A DNA stretch of 64,000 bases from an uncultured Elusimicrobia bacterium (GTDB lineage Bacteria > Elusimicrobiota > Endomicrobiia > Endomicrobiales > CAIRNS01), in contig CAIRNS010000002.1 of NCBI GenBank assembly GCA_903880015.1, positions 16,330 through 80,329 of the forward strand, read 5' to 3'. This document shows positions 1-9,488 of this stretch, in pieces (position 1 is the stretch's first letter; each line of letters starts with the position of its first letter). Under the pieces are notes generated by a model. The model did not search any database, was not told the origin of the DNA, and saw only the letters and a program-made list of their open reading frames with translations. The position numbers and the translations under genes are program-made.

Positions 1-204
1 CTGGGCGCAAAATTGGCAGTTCTCCGAACACGCCCCCGATTTTGCATTGATGATACTGCACAAATGCACGGCATCGCCCTTAAAGTGCCGGCGCAGTTGG
101 TTTGCGTAGCGAAAAAGCTCATTCTCGTCCGCTGCTACCAACCGCCGCGCCTCAGCGCGCGTCAAAGGAATTTGTTTGATACTTTTTTTAAATAGTTTTT
201 CCAT
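1..204 (-). CDS. bioB: Biotin synthase BioB, N-terminal 68 codons; the gene runs off the left edge
   Basis: Absent from the ORF track because it is open to the window edge. Reverse-strand translation from the ATG at 204-202 gives [78 protein letters not shown]-x3-C-x2-C-AQ is the classic BioB radical-SAM N-terminus. Confidence 0.75.
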   Translation of the reverse strand, partial: MEKLFKKSIKQIPLTRAEARRLVAADENELFRYANQLRRHFKGDAVHLCSIINAKSGACSENCQFCAQ

Positions 205-226
205 AACACCCCTCGAATAATATTCA

Positions 227-567
227 CGACACATCCTCCCACCCTCCTTTGTCAAAGCAGGGAGATACCATGTCTTGTCAAAAGAGAAAGATTGCATGAC
301 TACTGCACGGCAAATCCTCCCCGCCCCTCCTTTGTCAAAGGAGGGAGATACCATGTCTTGTCAAAAGAGAAAGATTGCATGACTACTGCACGGCAAATCC
401 TCCCCGCCCCTCCTTTGTCAAAGGAGGGAGATACCATGTCTTGTCAAAACAGGGAGAAGGCATGCCTAGACTCTCAAAGGAGCGGCACGGAACAGCCCTC
501 CGGCGAGTTGGTTTGTAAAATCATCCCCCTTTGACAAAGGGGGAAACAGGGGGATTTGATGTTGCCG
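227..567. repeat. Composite intergenic repeat: an 83-bp unit in ~2.6 tandem copies (227-460) plus one inverted copy of the same palindromic module (525-567)
   Basis: The palindrome CCCTCCTTTGTCAAAGGAGGG starts at 243 (imperfect), 326 and 409, an exact 83-nt period. The reverse-oriented module CCCCCTTTGACAAAGGGGG-AAACA-GGGGGATTTGATGTTGCCG lies at 525-567. Confidence 0.9.
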
Positions 568-676
568 TTTAAACGAAATCACTATTTTATTGTTCATTAT
601 CCGTTGAATGTCAACCGATTATTTTTACATGGTTGACTGTTTTGACATGCCTTTATCCCCGGCACAGCGCCTTCTT

Positions 677-1960
677 TTAATCTTCTATTTTAAATTGGAT
701 GGATTTTGATTTAACGATCGGCAGCGCATCGATAGCTTTGAGCGCTTTTAACAAATCGCCGTGATTGGTTGAATGCGTCAGCATGATAACCGGCACACCC
801 CGTTTAGAGGAATTGTGCGGTTCTTCCTGATACACGCGCGCAATAGAAACAGCGTGTTTGCCGAGCACCCCGGCGATTTTTGAGAGTACGCCGGGTTTAT
901 CAACCGCGTGAAACCGCAGATAATGCGCGCCTTCCGTTTTGTTGGGCGCAATAATATTGATTTTTTGCGACGGATCGTAGGTAATGTAGGGAACTTGTCC
1001 CGCGGTGCCGTTGGCAACCTGGCGCGCCAGAAAAATAATGTCTGATACCACTGCGCTTGCCGCCGGCATCTGCCCGGCGCCTTTGCCGTAAAACATGACA
1101 TCGCCGACAGCGTCGCCATGAATCTCGACAGCGTTGTATTCTTTTTCCACTGCTGCGAACGCATGCCTTTTGGGTACCAAACACGGCTGTACCGACAAAG
1201 AAAGTCCGCGCGGACCCCGGTGGGCCTGCCCGATTAGTTTTATCACATAGCCGAATTTCGCGGCGAAATACACATCCTCTTTGGTGACAGCCGTAATGCC
1301 GCGGGTATATATCTGCGGGACCTTGATCCAACTGCCCCACGCCAACGACGACAATATCGCCAATTTGTTAGCGGTATCAATGCCTTCGAGGTCAAACGAC
1401 GGATCTGATTCCGCAAACCCGGCTTTTTGGGCCTGTTTCAAGGCAACGGAAAAATCAATACTCTTTTTGGTCATCTCCGTGAGGATATAATTCGTCGTGC
1501 CGTTAAGAATACCGGATATTTTTTCTATGCGGTTTGCCGCCAACCCTTCATTGAGCCCCTGAATGACGGGAATAGCGCCGGCAACGGAGGCCTCGAAATA
1601 AACCAGCTTTTTCCGGGCGCGCGCCGTCGTAAACACTTCGTTCCAATATTTTGCGAGCACCGCTTTATTGGCGGTCACGACATTTTTTCCGGCTTTGAGC
1701 GATGAAAGAATAACCGTGCGCGCCGGTTCGTAGCCGCCGATAAGTTCAACGACAATATCAATGGCGGGATTGGCGATAAGATCCTGATAGCGCGGCACAT
1801 AGAGAGAAATCGGTTCAACAGGGCGGACATCGCAGATGCCGGCAATCTCCACCGGATACCCGACGCGGCTTTCGATAAGGCGCCGGTTCTGCTCGAGGAT
1901 TTTGACCACCCCTTTGCCAACCGTCCCGTAACCGACCAATCCAATTTTGATTGATTTCAT
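677..1960 (-). CDS. hom: Homoserine dehydrogenase
   Basis: 427-aa ORF with an N-terminal Rossmann motif (IGLVGYGTVGKG), a homoserine dehydrogenase core and a C-terminal ACT-like segment (YLRFHAVDKPGVLSKIAGVLG). AAGGA lies upstream of the ATG. Confidence 0.9.
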   Translation of the reverse strand: MKSIKIGLVGYGTVGKGVVKILEQNRRLIESRVGYPVEIAGICDVRPVEPISLYVPRYQDLIANPAIDIVVELIGGYEPARTVILSSLKAGKNVVTANKAVLAKYWNEVFTTARARKKLVYFEASVAGAIPVIQGLNEGLAANRIEKISGILNGTTNYILTEMTKKSIDFSVALKQAQKAGFAESDPSFDLEGIDTANKLAILSSLAWGSWIKVPQIYTRGITAVTKEDVYFAAKFGYVIKLIGQAHRGPRGLSLSVQPCLVPKRHAFAAVEKEYNAVEIHGDAVGDVMFYGKGAGQMPAASAVVSDIIFLARQVANGTAGQVPYITYDPSQKINIIAPNKTEGAHYLRFHAVDKPGVLSKIAGVLGKHAVSIARVYQEEPHNSSKRGVPVIMLTHSTNHGDLLKALKAIDALPIVKSKSIQFKIED

Positions 1961-2042
1961 GATATATCCTTGTTGTACTGTCTATCGTGAATTATCTCCC
2001 TCCTAAAAAAGGAGAGGCATGTGATTTTTGTGCCGGACATCC

Positions 2043-2198
2043 ACGGGGATGACGCTATTTCTGGAATGACACTGTTTCTAAAATGATGTCATTCTTGTGG
2101 TTTGTCTGTCATCCCCGAATGATAGTATCGGGGATATGGTTTAAACATCACTCAAACACCAACACCCTATTCCTGATTACACCCTCGGGAATGACAAC
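2043..2198. repeat. Family-2 hairpin repeats (GTCAT[C/T]CCCGA...TCGGG[G/A]ATATGG) with partial copies
   Basis: Core hairpin GTCATCCCCGAATGATAGTATCGGGGATATGG at 2108-2139. Half-sites GGGGATGAC, GGAATGAC, GTCATTC and CTCGGGAATGACAAC flank it. The same family occurs at 37600-37740. Confidence 0.75.
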
Positions 2199-2224
2199 TT
2201 TCCAATTTCACCGACAACAATATA

Positions 2225-3436
2225 TTATTTCCCGTGCGTCTTTATGAATTTTTTCAGGCGCAGAAGAGCATCGTGAAAGCGGTTGTCGTGCGTCACCAGA
2301 GAAATGCGGATGTAGCCCTCGCCGCTGGCACCGAATCCGATGCCCGGCGTTACCACAACGCCGGTTTCCTGTATGAGATGTTCTGCCAGATCCAGTGATT
2401 TCATATGCGCCAGCGCGGGCGGAATTTTTAACCACAGATACATAGTGCCTTTGGTTTCTTGCGCCGGCCAGCCGATCTTATTAAGGCCCGCAACCATTTT
2501 TTTCATGCGCCGTTCGTAAATCGCCGCCTGGGTATGGACGCAGTCCTGCGAATTTTCCAGTGCCGCAACCGCCGCTAACTGAATAAATGTCGGCGCGCCG
2601 TAGTCGAGGAACGACTTAAGTTTTTCCAGGGGCGCCAAAAATTTGCTCGGCCCGCACGCCCAACCGATGCGCCAGCCGGCCATATTAAAGGTCTTTGAAA
2701 ATGAATGAAATTCAAGGCCGACATCCCACGCGCCCGGTATCTCGAAAAAGGACGGCGCGACATAATCGCCGAATGTCAGTTCGGAGTAGGCGTTGTCAAA
2801 CACCACCAGAATGCCGTATTTTTTCGCGAATGCAACTACCGCAGGCAGAAACTTTTTATCGTCGATAACCGCCGCAGTCGGATTATTCGGATAATTCAAA
2901 AACATAAACTTCGCTTTTTTCGCGATGTTCGCGGGCACTTTGGTCAAATCCGGTAAAAAATTATTTTCAGCCACTATCGGCATCGAATACACCTGGCCGC
3001 CGGCAAGTATGACTCCGTTGAAATGCACCGGATACGCCGGATCGCACACCAGCACATAATCGCCGGGGTCAAGATACGCCGTGCACAAATGAGCGATACC
3101 TTCTTTGGATCCGATGAGCGAGATAATCTCTTTTGCGGGGTCAAGCTCGACGCCAAAACGATTTTCCATCCATGCCGCAACCGCTTTGCGAAACCGCGGC
3201 ATGCCCTTGGATTGAGGATACCGGTGCGTCAGGTGATGATTTTTCACCGTATCGCACAACCGGTCCACAATATGCGACGGCGTCGGAAAATCGGGGTTGC
3301 CCATCCCGAGATCGATGACATCCATCTTGGTTTTGCTTACTTCCGCCTTGAGCGCGTTAATGCGCGAAAAAATATACGGCGGTAACGCCGCCAGCTTTTT
3401 AGACGGTTTTATTTTGTCCATGCTAGAAACTTTCAT
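2225..3436 (-). CDS. Class I/II PLP-dependent aminotransferase (DapL / alanine-aspartate aminotransferase-like)
   Basis: 403-aa ORF. The N-terminus LPPYIFSRINALK...DVIDLGMGNPDFPTP, plus NYPNNPT and SFSKTFNMAGWRIG (PLP lysine region), is typical of this fold. AGAGGA lies 5-6 nt before the ATG at 3436. Confidence 0.85.
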   Translation of the reverse strand: MKVSSMDKIKPSKKLAALPPYIFSRINALKAEVSKTKMDVIDLGMGNPDFPTPSHIVDRLCDTVKNHHLTHRYPQSKGMPRFRKAVAAWMENRFGVELDPAKEIISLIGSKEGIAHLCTAYLDPGDYVLVCDPAYPVHFNGVILAGGQVYSMPIVAENNFLPDLTKVPANIAKKAKFMFLNYPNNPTAAVIDDKKFLPAVVAFAKKYGILVVFDNAYSELTFGDYVAPSFFEIPGAWDVGLEFHSFSKTFNMAGWRIGWACGPSKFLAPLEKLKSFLDYGAPTFIQLAAVAALENSQDCVHTQAAIYERRMKKMVAGLNKIGWPAQETKGTMYLWLKIPPALAHMKSLDLAEHLIQETGVVVTPGIGFGASGEGYIRISLVTHDNRFHDALLRLKKFIKTHGK

Positions 3437-3722
3437 TGCGTTCCTCTTCTTTCGTCACTTGCTCAGGCACATAGGCGGCATACTTCCATACCGCGTAGGT
3501 TATCAGGATGCATGCCAGACCGTACATCACTTCAAATACCGACCAGGTGTGCCATTGGGCACGGGTAATAAATTCCCACGGATGCGGCGAATAATAATTT
3601 GCTTCCGGCTCGCCAAAAAATATATCGAAAAAACCTTTGGCAGCCACCGTAACGCCCCAGATAAAGAACAACCAGCCGGCGGTTCGGACCAATCCGCGTA
3701 TTTTAATTTTTATCATTACCAT
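3423..3722 (-). CDS. Small integral membrane protein, function unknown
   Basis: 99-aa ORF with two hydrophobic helices (WLFFIWGVTVAA, MYGLACILITYAVW). It overlaps the aminotransferase start by 14 nt, suggesting co-transcription. Confidence 0.5.
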   Translation of the reverse strand: MVMIKIKIRGLVRTAGWLFFIWGVTVAAKGFFDIFFGEPEANYYSPHPWEFITRAQWHTWSVFEVMYGLACILITYAVWKYAAYVPEQVTKEEERNESF

Positions 3723-3839
3723 AGCAGTGACCGGTTTTATTCATAACTTACCGCGGCGCACTTGCGCGGTATCCATTATACAATGTTTTTATGGAGGATG
3801 TCATCACCACCGCCACGGGTTAACCCCTCGAACAATGGG

Positions 3840-3874
3840 AAAAGTTGGCGTCCATTACATCGGCGCCAACTTTT
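3840..3874 (-). terminator. Hairpin flanked by A and T runs downstream of the HU gene (possibly bidirectional)
   Basis: AAAAGTTGGCG-13 nt-CGCCAACTTTT forms an 11-bp stem. On the minus strand it is followed by UUUU. Confidence 0.45.
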
Positions 3875-3907
3875 GTCAGCAGTATCATATTTTCCCAATC
3901 GTATTAA

Positions 3908-4180
3908 TTATTGAATTAGTTTTCGCAAAGTGGTGGTCGGCTTGAACGAAACCTTTTTCCCGGGCGGGACCGGAATAATTTCTCCGGTTTTGGGGTTTCT
4001 CCCTTTGCGGGCCTTGCGGTCTTTTGACCGGAATGATCCCAACCCTGAAAGAGAAACAACTTCCCGTGTTTTCAACGCGTCTTGAATCACTTTGACCAGA
4101 GCTTTAATCGCCCGGTTTGCGTCACCACGCGTTAATCCTGAAACTTCCGCAACATGACGAACAACATCCGGCTTCTTCAT
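3908..4180 (-). CDS. hup: HU/IHF-family nucleoid DNA-binding protein
   Basis: 90-aa ORF. GLGSFRSKDRKARKGRNPKTGEIIPVPPGKKVSFKP is the HU beta-arm signature. Confidence 0.9.
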   Translation of the reverse strand: MKKPDVVRHVAEVSGLTRGDANRAIKALVKVIQDALKTREVVSLSGLGSFRSKDRKARKGRNPKTGEIIPVPPGKKVSFKPTTTLRKLIQ

Positions 4181-4340
4181 ACAATACCTCCATGCGAATC
4201 AGACGAACTTGTCACATCTGTTTTGTCGATTTTAATTGAAATATAATATATTTTATTGAATATGTCAAGGGCTTTTTCAAGTTATTTTTCTCAATACCGG
4301 TTCAATACTCCCCGCCCGCATCGAAACCAGGATTTATTTT

Positions 4341-4369
4341 TTGACAAAAAAGCTTTAAAGGTATATAAT
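4341..4369 (+). promoter_or_regulatory. Consensus sigma70-type promoter for the HNH gene
   Basis: TTGACA (4341-4346), a 17-nt spacer, then TATAAT (4364-4369). The ATG at 4382 is 12 nt after the -10 box, with no Shine-Dalgarno. Confidence 0.6.
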
Positions 4370-4381
4370 AATTTACATTAT

Positions 4382-4981
4382 ATGAGCGATGTTTTAGTTC
4401 TCAATCGAAGTTTTTATGCGGTACAGGTTACTTCGTGGCAACGGGCGCTGACCCTGGTATATCTTAATCACGCATCCGTTGTCGACCAGGAGTACCGCAC
4501 CTATTCTTTTGAGGACTGGCGCGAACTTTCCGCCATGATTCACGAGAACCCGGCGGGATATGTGACAACCCCCCAGTTCAAGATTGCCATGCCGGAAGTG
4601 ATTGCGCTTAAACTCTACGACCGCTTACCGGCAACCGATGTCAAGTTTACCCGGCGCAATCTTTACGAACATTATCACTATCATTGTTGTTATTGCGGCA
4701 GAAAATTTACAACGACGGAACTTAATCTTGACCATGTGACACCGCGCAGCCGCGGCGGCAGAACCTCGTGGGACAACATCGTCACTTCCTGTATCCCCTG
4801 CAACCTCAAAAAAGCCGACAAAACACCGGCCGAGGCAGGCATGAAACTGCTTATCGCTCCGACAAAACCGCACTGGCGGAGCAATCTGGCGATGATGATG
4901 CGCTCGCCCGTGAAAGTACGGACTTCCTGGCAACGATTTGTTGACAATGCGTACTGGAACAGCGAACTGGAAAAAGAATAA
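4382..4981 (+). CDS. HNH endonuclease-family protein
   Basis: The CCYCG...LDHVTPRSRGGRTSWDNIVTSCIPCNLKKADK HNH/zinc motif is present. I moved the start from the track value 4256 to Met43 (4382), because a perfect promoter lies inside the longer ORF and its extra 42 aa look non-protein-like. Confidence 0.8.
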   Translation: MSDVLVLNRSFYAVQVTSWQRALTLVYLNHASVVDQEYRTYSFEDWRELSAMIHENPAGYVTTPQFKIAMPEVIALKLYDRLPATDVKFTRRNLYEHYHYHCCYCGRKFTTTELNLDHVTPRSRGGRTSWDNIVTSCIPCNLKKADKTPAEAGMKLLIAPTKPHWRSNLAMMMRSPVKVRTSWQRFVDNAYWNSELEKE

Positions 4982-5002
4982 TATAATTAAGGAGACGCTA
5001 TC

Positions 5003-6361
5003 GTGGAAGAAATCAAAATTCACCTGACCGAAAAAGAAATCCCCGAACAGTGGTATAACATACAGGCCGACCTGCCGCGGCCGTTGCCGCCCATGATGAG
5101 TCCGGTAACCAAAAAACCCGCGACGCCTCCCGAGTTAACACCTTTGTTCCCCGAAGCGCTGATAATGCAGGAAGTAAGCAAGGAACGCTGGATTGATATC
5201 CCTGAAGAACTGCGTGACCTCATCCGTCAAAACCGCCCTACGCCGCTCTACCGTGCGCGCAGTCTCGAAAAATTGCTCGATACGCCGGCAAAGATTTATT
5301 ACAAATACGAAGGCGTTAATGCTTCCGGCTCACACAAACTCAACACTGCGCTCGCGCAGGCATGGTACAACAAGCAGGAGGATGTCAAACGCCTGGCAAC
5401 GGAAACCGGCGCCGGGCAATGGGGTTCCGCTTTATCGATGGCGTGCGCAATCCTGAATATGAAGTGCACCGTGTACATGGTTAAGGTATCCTATCAGCAA
5501 AAACCGTACCGAAAATCATTGATGCAGCTCTTCGGCGCAGAAGTGTTCGCCAGCCCCACCAACCGCACCAATGCCGGACGGTCAATACTCGCAGAAAACC
5601 CCGATTCACTCGGATCGCTGGGTATAGCCATTTCCGAAGCGGTAGAAGACGCAGCCACTCATGACGATACGAAATACACACTCGGCAGCGTACTCAACCA
5701 TGTGTTGATGCATCAGACGCTGATCGGACTTGAAGCAAAAAAACAACTTGAAAAAGCAGGCGATTATCCGGATATTGTTATCGGATGCGTCGGGGGCGGA
5801 TCGAATTTCGGGGGCATTGCCAACCCGTTTCTGATGGACAAACTGCAAGGGTTGCGCAAAAATCTACGCGTGATCGCCGTTGAGCCGGCGGCGTGCCCGT
5901 CCCTTACCAAGGGCGTTTATGCATATGATTACGGCGATTCGACCGGGCTTGGCCCCATCGCCAAAATGTATACGCTCGGCCACACATTTATGCCCGCGGG
6001 CATCCATGCGGGCGGACTGCGCTACCACGGCATGTCGCCCATCGTTTCGATGCTGTACAACGAAAAGATTATTGAAGCAGTATCGTACCTGCAGAACCCG
6101 GTATTTGAAGCTGCCGTGATGTTCGCGCGGTCAGAAAGCATCGTTCCTGCTCCCGAATCAGCGCACGCCATCCGCGCAGCTATTGACGAAGCGTTGAAGG
6201 CGAAAGCGGCCGGGGAAAAGAAAGTTATTCTCTTTAACCTTTCCGGACACGGGCACTTCGACATGGCCGCATACGATAATTATCTTTCCGGCAATTTAGT
6301 CGACTTTGCATATCCGACGGAAAAAGTGCACGAAGCGTTGTCGCATTTACCAAAAATCTAG
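5003..6361 (+). CDS. TrpB-like PLP-dependent enzyme (tryptophan synthase beta-chain paralogue, TrpB2 type)
   Basis: 452-aa ORF with a GTG start preceded by AAGGAG. It carries the PLP-lysine motif [19 protein letters not shown] and [11 protein letters not shown]. The long N-terminal extension is typical of TrpB2. Confidence 0.85.
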   Translation: MEEIKIHLTEKEIPEQWYNIQADLPRPLPPMMSPVTKKPATPPELTPLFPEALIMQEVSKERWIDIPEELRDLIRQNRPTPLYRARSLEKLLDTPAKIYYKYEGVNASGSHKLNTALAQAWYNKQEDVKRLATETGAGQWGSALSMACAILNMKCTVYMVKVSYQQKPYRKSLMQLFGAEVFASPTNRTNAGRSILAENPDSLGSLGIAISEAVEDAATHDDTKYTLGSVLNHVLMHQTLIGLEAKKQLEKAGDYPDIVIGCVGGGSNFGGIANPFLMDKLQGLRKNLRVIAVEPAACPSLTKGVYAYDYGDSTGLGPIAKMYTLGHTFMPAGIHAGGLRYHGMSPIVSMLYNEKIIEAVSYLQNPVFEAAVMFARSESIVPAPESAHAIRAAIDEALKAKAAGEKKVILFNLSGHGHFDMAAYDNYLSGNLVDFAYPTEKVHEALSHLPKI

Positions 6362-6393
6362 GGAAGGCCGTTGCAGCGACGAACCACTCAACT

Positions 6394-7269
6394 ATGAAAT
6401 ACACTATTGTTAAAAAGACACTGCTGGCGCCGAACATTTACCGCTTGGAAGTCAGTGCGCCTGAAATTGCGCGCCGGGCTAAAGCGGGGCAATTTGTGGT
6501 TCTGCGCGTCGCCGATACCGGCGAGCGGATACCCTTGACGATAACCGCCGCGGACACGATAGCTGAAACTATTACCCTCATCTTCCAGGACATCGGCAAG
6601 ACGACGGTGATGCTGGCGGCGCTCAACGAGGCGGATGTCATTAAGGATATCCTCGGACCTCTGGGTCATCCGACAGAGATGCAAAATTACGGCACCGTCG
6701 TCGCCATCGCCGGCGGCGTAGGGGCGGCAGAACTACTACCGGTAGTGACCGCCTTTAAAGCTGCCGGCAGCAAGGTAATCACCATCATCGGCGCGCGCAA
6801 CAAGGACCTCCTGATTCTTGAACCGGAATTGACTGCGGTTTCCGACAAGCTCATTGACATAACTGACGATGGTTCAAGCGGTCAAAAGGGGTTCGTATCC
6901 AATGTTCTCATGGACCTTATCGCCAAGCAGCTGCATATCGATATGGTGTATGCCATCGGCCCGATTCCCATGATGCAGGCAGTCAGCGGCATAACAAAAA
7001 CTGCGCAGATAAAAACGATTGTCTCGCTCAACCCGATTATGCTCGATGGTACCGGTATGTGCGGGGTGTGCAGAGTATCGATTGCCGGTGAAACAAAATT
7101 TGCCTGTGTCGACGGTCCTGAATTTGACGCGCATGCCGTCAACTGGGTGGAACTTATGTCCCGTCTTTCCCTGTACAAAAAAGAGGAAAAAATATCTTTG
7201 GACGCTCATCGCGCGGAATGTAAATGTCAGAATAACGATGCCAGCAATCAGGGAGAAATAACCCAATGA
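6394..7269 (+). CDS. nfnA: NfnA-type subunit (PyrK/sulfide dehydrogenase-like FAD/NAD-binding protein with 2Fe-2S)
   Basis: 291-aa ORF with AGQFVVLR and a ferredoxin-reductase fold, plus a C-terminal Cys cluster (MCGVCRV...FACVDGPEF). It is translationally coupled to the following GltD-like gene. Confidence 0.8.
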   Translation: MKYTIVKKTLLAPNIYRLEVSAPEIARRAKAGQFVVLRVADTGERIPLTITAADTIAETITLIFQDIGKTTVMLAALNEADVIKDILGPLGHPTEMQNYGTVVAIAGGVGAAELLPVVTAFKAAGSKVITIIGARNKDLLILEPELTAVSDKLIDITDDGSSGQKGFVSNVLMDLIAKQLHIDMVYAIGPIPMMQAVSGITKTAQIKTIVSLNPIMLDGTGMCGVCRVSIAGETKFACVDGPEFDAHAVNWVELMSRLSLYKKEEKISLDAHRAECKCQNNDASNQGEITQ

Positions 7270-8705
7270 GCACTGTTTCTAAAGGTCCTTCTTCTGATAA
7301 GCGTATGCCTATGGGTGAACGGCACCCCGCAGAGCGGGCTAAAGATTTCAACGAAGTCGGCCGCGGTTACACTCCCGAACAAGCAATACAGGAAGCGCGG
7401 CGGTGTTTGCAATGCAAAAAACCTACCTGCGTCAGCGGCTGTCCGGTGGAAATCAATATTCCTGCGTTTATTAAACAAATTGCTGAAAGTGCCCCGCTAA
7501 AAGCCAGCAGTGTTTTGCGGGAAAAAAGCACGCTGCCGGGCGTATGCGGCAGGGTCTGTCCGCAGGAAGACCAGTGTGAAAAGACCTGTATTCTGGCACC
7601 GAAGGGCGCCGCCATTGGCATCGGCGCACTGGAACGGTTTGCCGCCGACGCTGAGCGGAAACAGTCCGCCGAGAATTCTCTATCAAAAAATATATCGCCA
7701 AAAACAGCACATGCAAAGAATGCCCACCACGGTGGGAAGATTGCAATAATCGGCTCCGGTCCCGCAGGGCTTACCTGCGCAGGGGATTTGGCGAAAAAAG
7801 GTTTTACGGTCACGGTTTTTGAATCGTTACATGCTCTCGGCGGCGTTCTGCGCTATGGTATACCGGAATTCCGGCTTCCCCGCACCGTGCTTGAACAGGA
7901 GCTTGACACACTGAGAGGATTAGGCGTTTCGTTCGAACTCAACTGCCTTATCGGCAGAACAAAAACGATTGCTGATCTTTTTGCGGATAACTTTCTGGCC
8001 ATCTTTGTTGGAACCGGCGCGGGATTGCCCAGTTTTTTGAAAATACCCGGCGAGAACCTTAACAATATATTCTCGGCAAACGAATTTCTGGTGCGCATAA
8101 ATCTTATGCATGCCAATCAGTTCCCTAAATTCGATACGCCGGTATATGTAGGAAAAAATGTTGCCGTTATCGGCGGCGGCAATGTCGCGATGGATGCCGC
8201 GCGGACCGCGCTGCGCCTGGGCGCGGAAACAGTCACAATCGTATATCGCCGGACCGAAGCTGAAATGCCGGCGCGCGCCGAAGAGATTCATCATGCCCAC
8301 GAAGAAGGAGTTCAATTTAAATTTCTCTCCGCCCCTGAACAATTTATAAGCGATGAAAAGGGTGCCGTGCAGTCCATCGAATGCAGCGCCATGGAATTAG
8401 GCGCCCCTGACAACACCGGGCGACGCCGGCCGCAGGTGATTGCAGATTCTCGTTTTTTAATTCCGGCGGACATGGCCATCGTCGCCATCGGATCGAGCCC
8501 CAACCCGGTGCTTCCTTCATTGACCACCGGGCTTACAACAAACGCCGCGGGCCACATTATAGTCGACAAAAATTTCATGACATCTTTGCCGGGGGTATTC
8601 GCCGGCGGTGACATCGTCAGCGGAGAAACAGTCATTCAGGCTATGGGCATGGGAAAAAGGGCCGCGCGCTGCATAATCGATCACCTTGCGGATGGACGCG
8701 ATTAA
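7266..8705 (+). CDS. nfnB: NfnB-type subunit (GltD-like NADPH-dependent oxidoreductase, 2x[4Fe-4S] + FAD)
   Basis: 479-aa ORF with CLQCKKPTCVSGCPV, IAIIGSGPAGLTCAGDLAKKG and VFAGGDIV. There is a 4-nt overlap with nfnA. Confidence 0.85.
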   Translation: MSTVSKGPSSDKRMPMGERHPAERAKDFNEVGRGYTPEQAIQEARRCLQCKKPTCVSGCPVEINIPAFIKQIAESAPLKASSVLREKSTLPGVCGRVCPQEDQCEKTCILAPKGAAIGIGALERFAADAERKQSAENSLSKNISPKTAHAKNAHHGGKIAIIGSGPAGLTCAGDLAKKGFTVTVFESLHALGGVLRYGIPEFRLPRTVLEQELDTLRGLGVSFELNCLIGRTKTIADLFADNFLAIFVGTGAGLPSFLKIPGENLNNIFSANEFLVRINLMHANQFPKFDTPVYVGKNVAVIGGGNVAMDAARTALRLGAETVTIVYRRTEAEMPARAEEIHHAHEEGVQFKFLSAPEQFISDEKGAVQSIECSAMELGAPDNTGRRRPQVIADSRFLIPADMAIVAIGSSPNPVLPSLTTGLTTNAAGHIIVDKNFMTSLPGVFAGGDIVSGETVIQAMGMGKRAARCIIDHLADGRD

Positions 8706-8710
8706 TTTCT

Positions 8711-9433
8711 ATGAATCTATTTGAAGTCCTTTCCTATTCCCTTATCGCCGGCATGGCAATTATCATTGGCATGCTCTTGGTGTTAAAAAATGAAGTTGCG
8801 GCAAAAAAGCACGCATCGTTTATCATAAGCTTTGCGGCAGGCGTTATGCTGACAACCGCTTTTATTCACCTGATTCCCGACGCCATGGGACTCAACAACC
8901 GGACTGTCTTACTGGTTTTCGCCGGGTTTCTCGTGTTCTATCTTTTGCAGCAAGGACTTATGTTCCACGCGTGCGGCGAAGAAGAGTGTCCCGAACACAA
9001 GCTCGGCGTCATGTCTTCCATCGGACTTACTATCCATTCAGCGCTTGACGGAGTAGCCATTGCCGCCGGATTTGAAGCTGATTGGCGGCTCGGACTGGTA
9101 ACAACGATTGCCGTACTGATGCATAAAATGCCGGAAGGTATCACCATCACCGGGATTCTTTTGCATGCCAAGATGCCCCGCGTGAAAGTTATACGCTTTT
9201 CAGTTATCGTGGCGGCCGCAACGCCGATAACTGCATTGTTCGCATATTTTTTTCTCAAAAATGTCCCCGGGGACATCCTGGGCGGGCTACTGGCTTTGAC
9301 GGCGGGATCGTTCATTTATCTTGCCGCGGCCGATTTGCTGCCGGAGACACACCGCGTTCACCACCGCGCGAACGCATTGTTTTTCTTCGCCGGCATCGGA
9401 CTCATCGGCGTACTTGGACAGGTTTTGCATTGA
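8711..9433 (+). CDS. ZIP-family divalent metal transporter (ZupT-like)
   Basis: 240-aa polytopic ORF with HSALDGVAIA and HKMPEGITI motifs. Confidence 0.8.
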   Translation: MNLFEVLSYSLIAGMAIIIGMLLVLKNEVAAKKHASFIISFAAGVMLTTAFIHLIPDAMGLNNRTVLLVFAGFLVFYLLQQGLMFHACGEEECPEHKLGVMSSIGLTIHSALDGVAIAAGFEADWRLGLVTTIAVLMHKMPEGITITGILLHAKMPRVKVIRFSVIVAAATPITALFAYFFLKNVPGDILGGLLALTAGSFIYLAAADLLPETHRVHHRANALFFFAGIGLIGVLGQVLH

Positions 9434-9488
9434 CAGTTGGTTGTTGAAAATATATTATAAAATTAACCGTCTGATATAAGAGAATTAT

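Noticed and set aside
337-382. Perfect translation-initiation module in each tandem unit: AAAGGAGGG-N7-ATG opening a 9-codon mini-ORF (MSCQKRKIA).
   Set aside because: The Shine-Dalgarno is simply one arm of the palindrome. The ATG and mini-ORF are absent from the other copies of the module (23.9 kb, 61.1 kb), and the neighbouring genes are on the other strand. It is most likely coincidental.
292-534. 80-aa ORF in the track ([18 protein letters not shown]...).
   Set aside because: It is read straight through the 83-bp tandem repeat, so its sequence is internally duplicated. It has no coding signature and lies on the opposite strand to both flanking genes.
227-567. Possible CRISPR array, given regularly spaced palindromic repeats.
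   Set aside because: The whole 83-bp unit, including the would-be spacer, is repeated nearly identically, so there are no unique spacers. There are only ~2.6 units and no cas genes in the window.
4256-4381. Longer N-terminus for the HNH ORF, as given in the track.
   Set aside because: A perfect TTGACA-N17-TATAAT promoter lies inside this extension. The extra 42 aa are AT-rich, low-complexity sequence.
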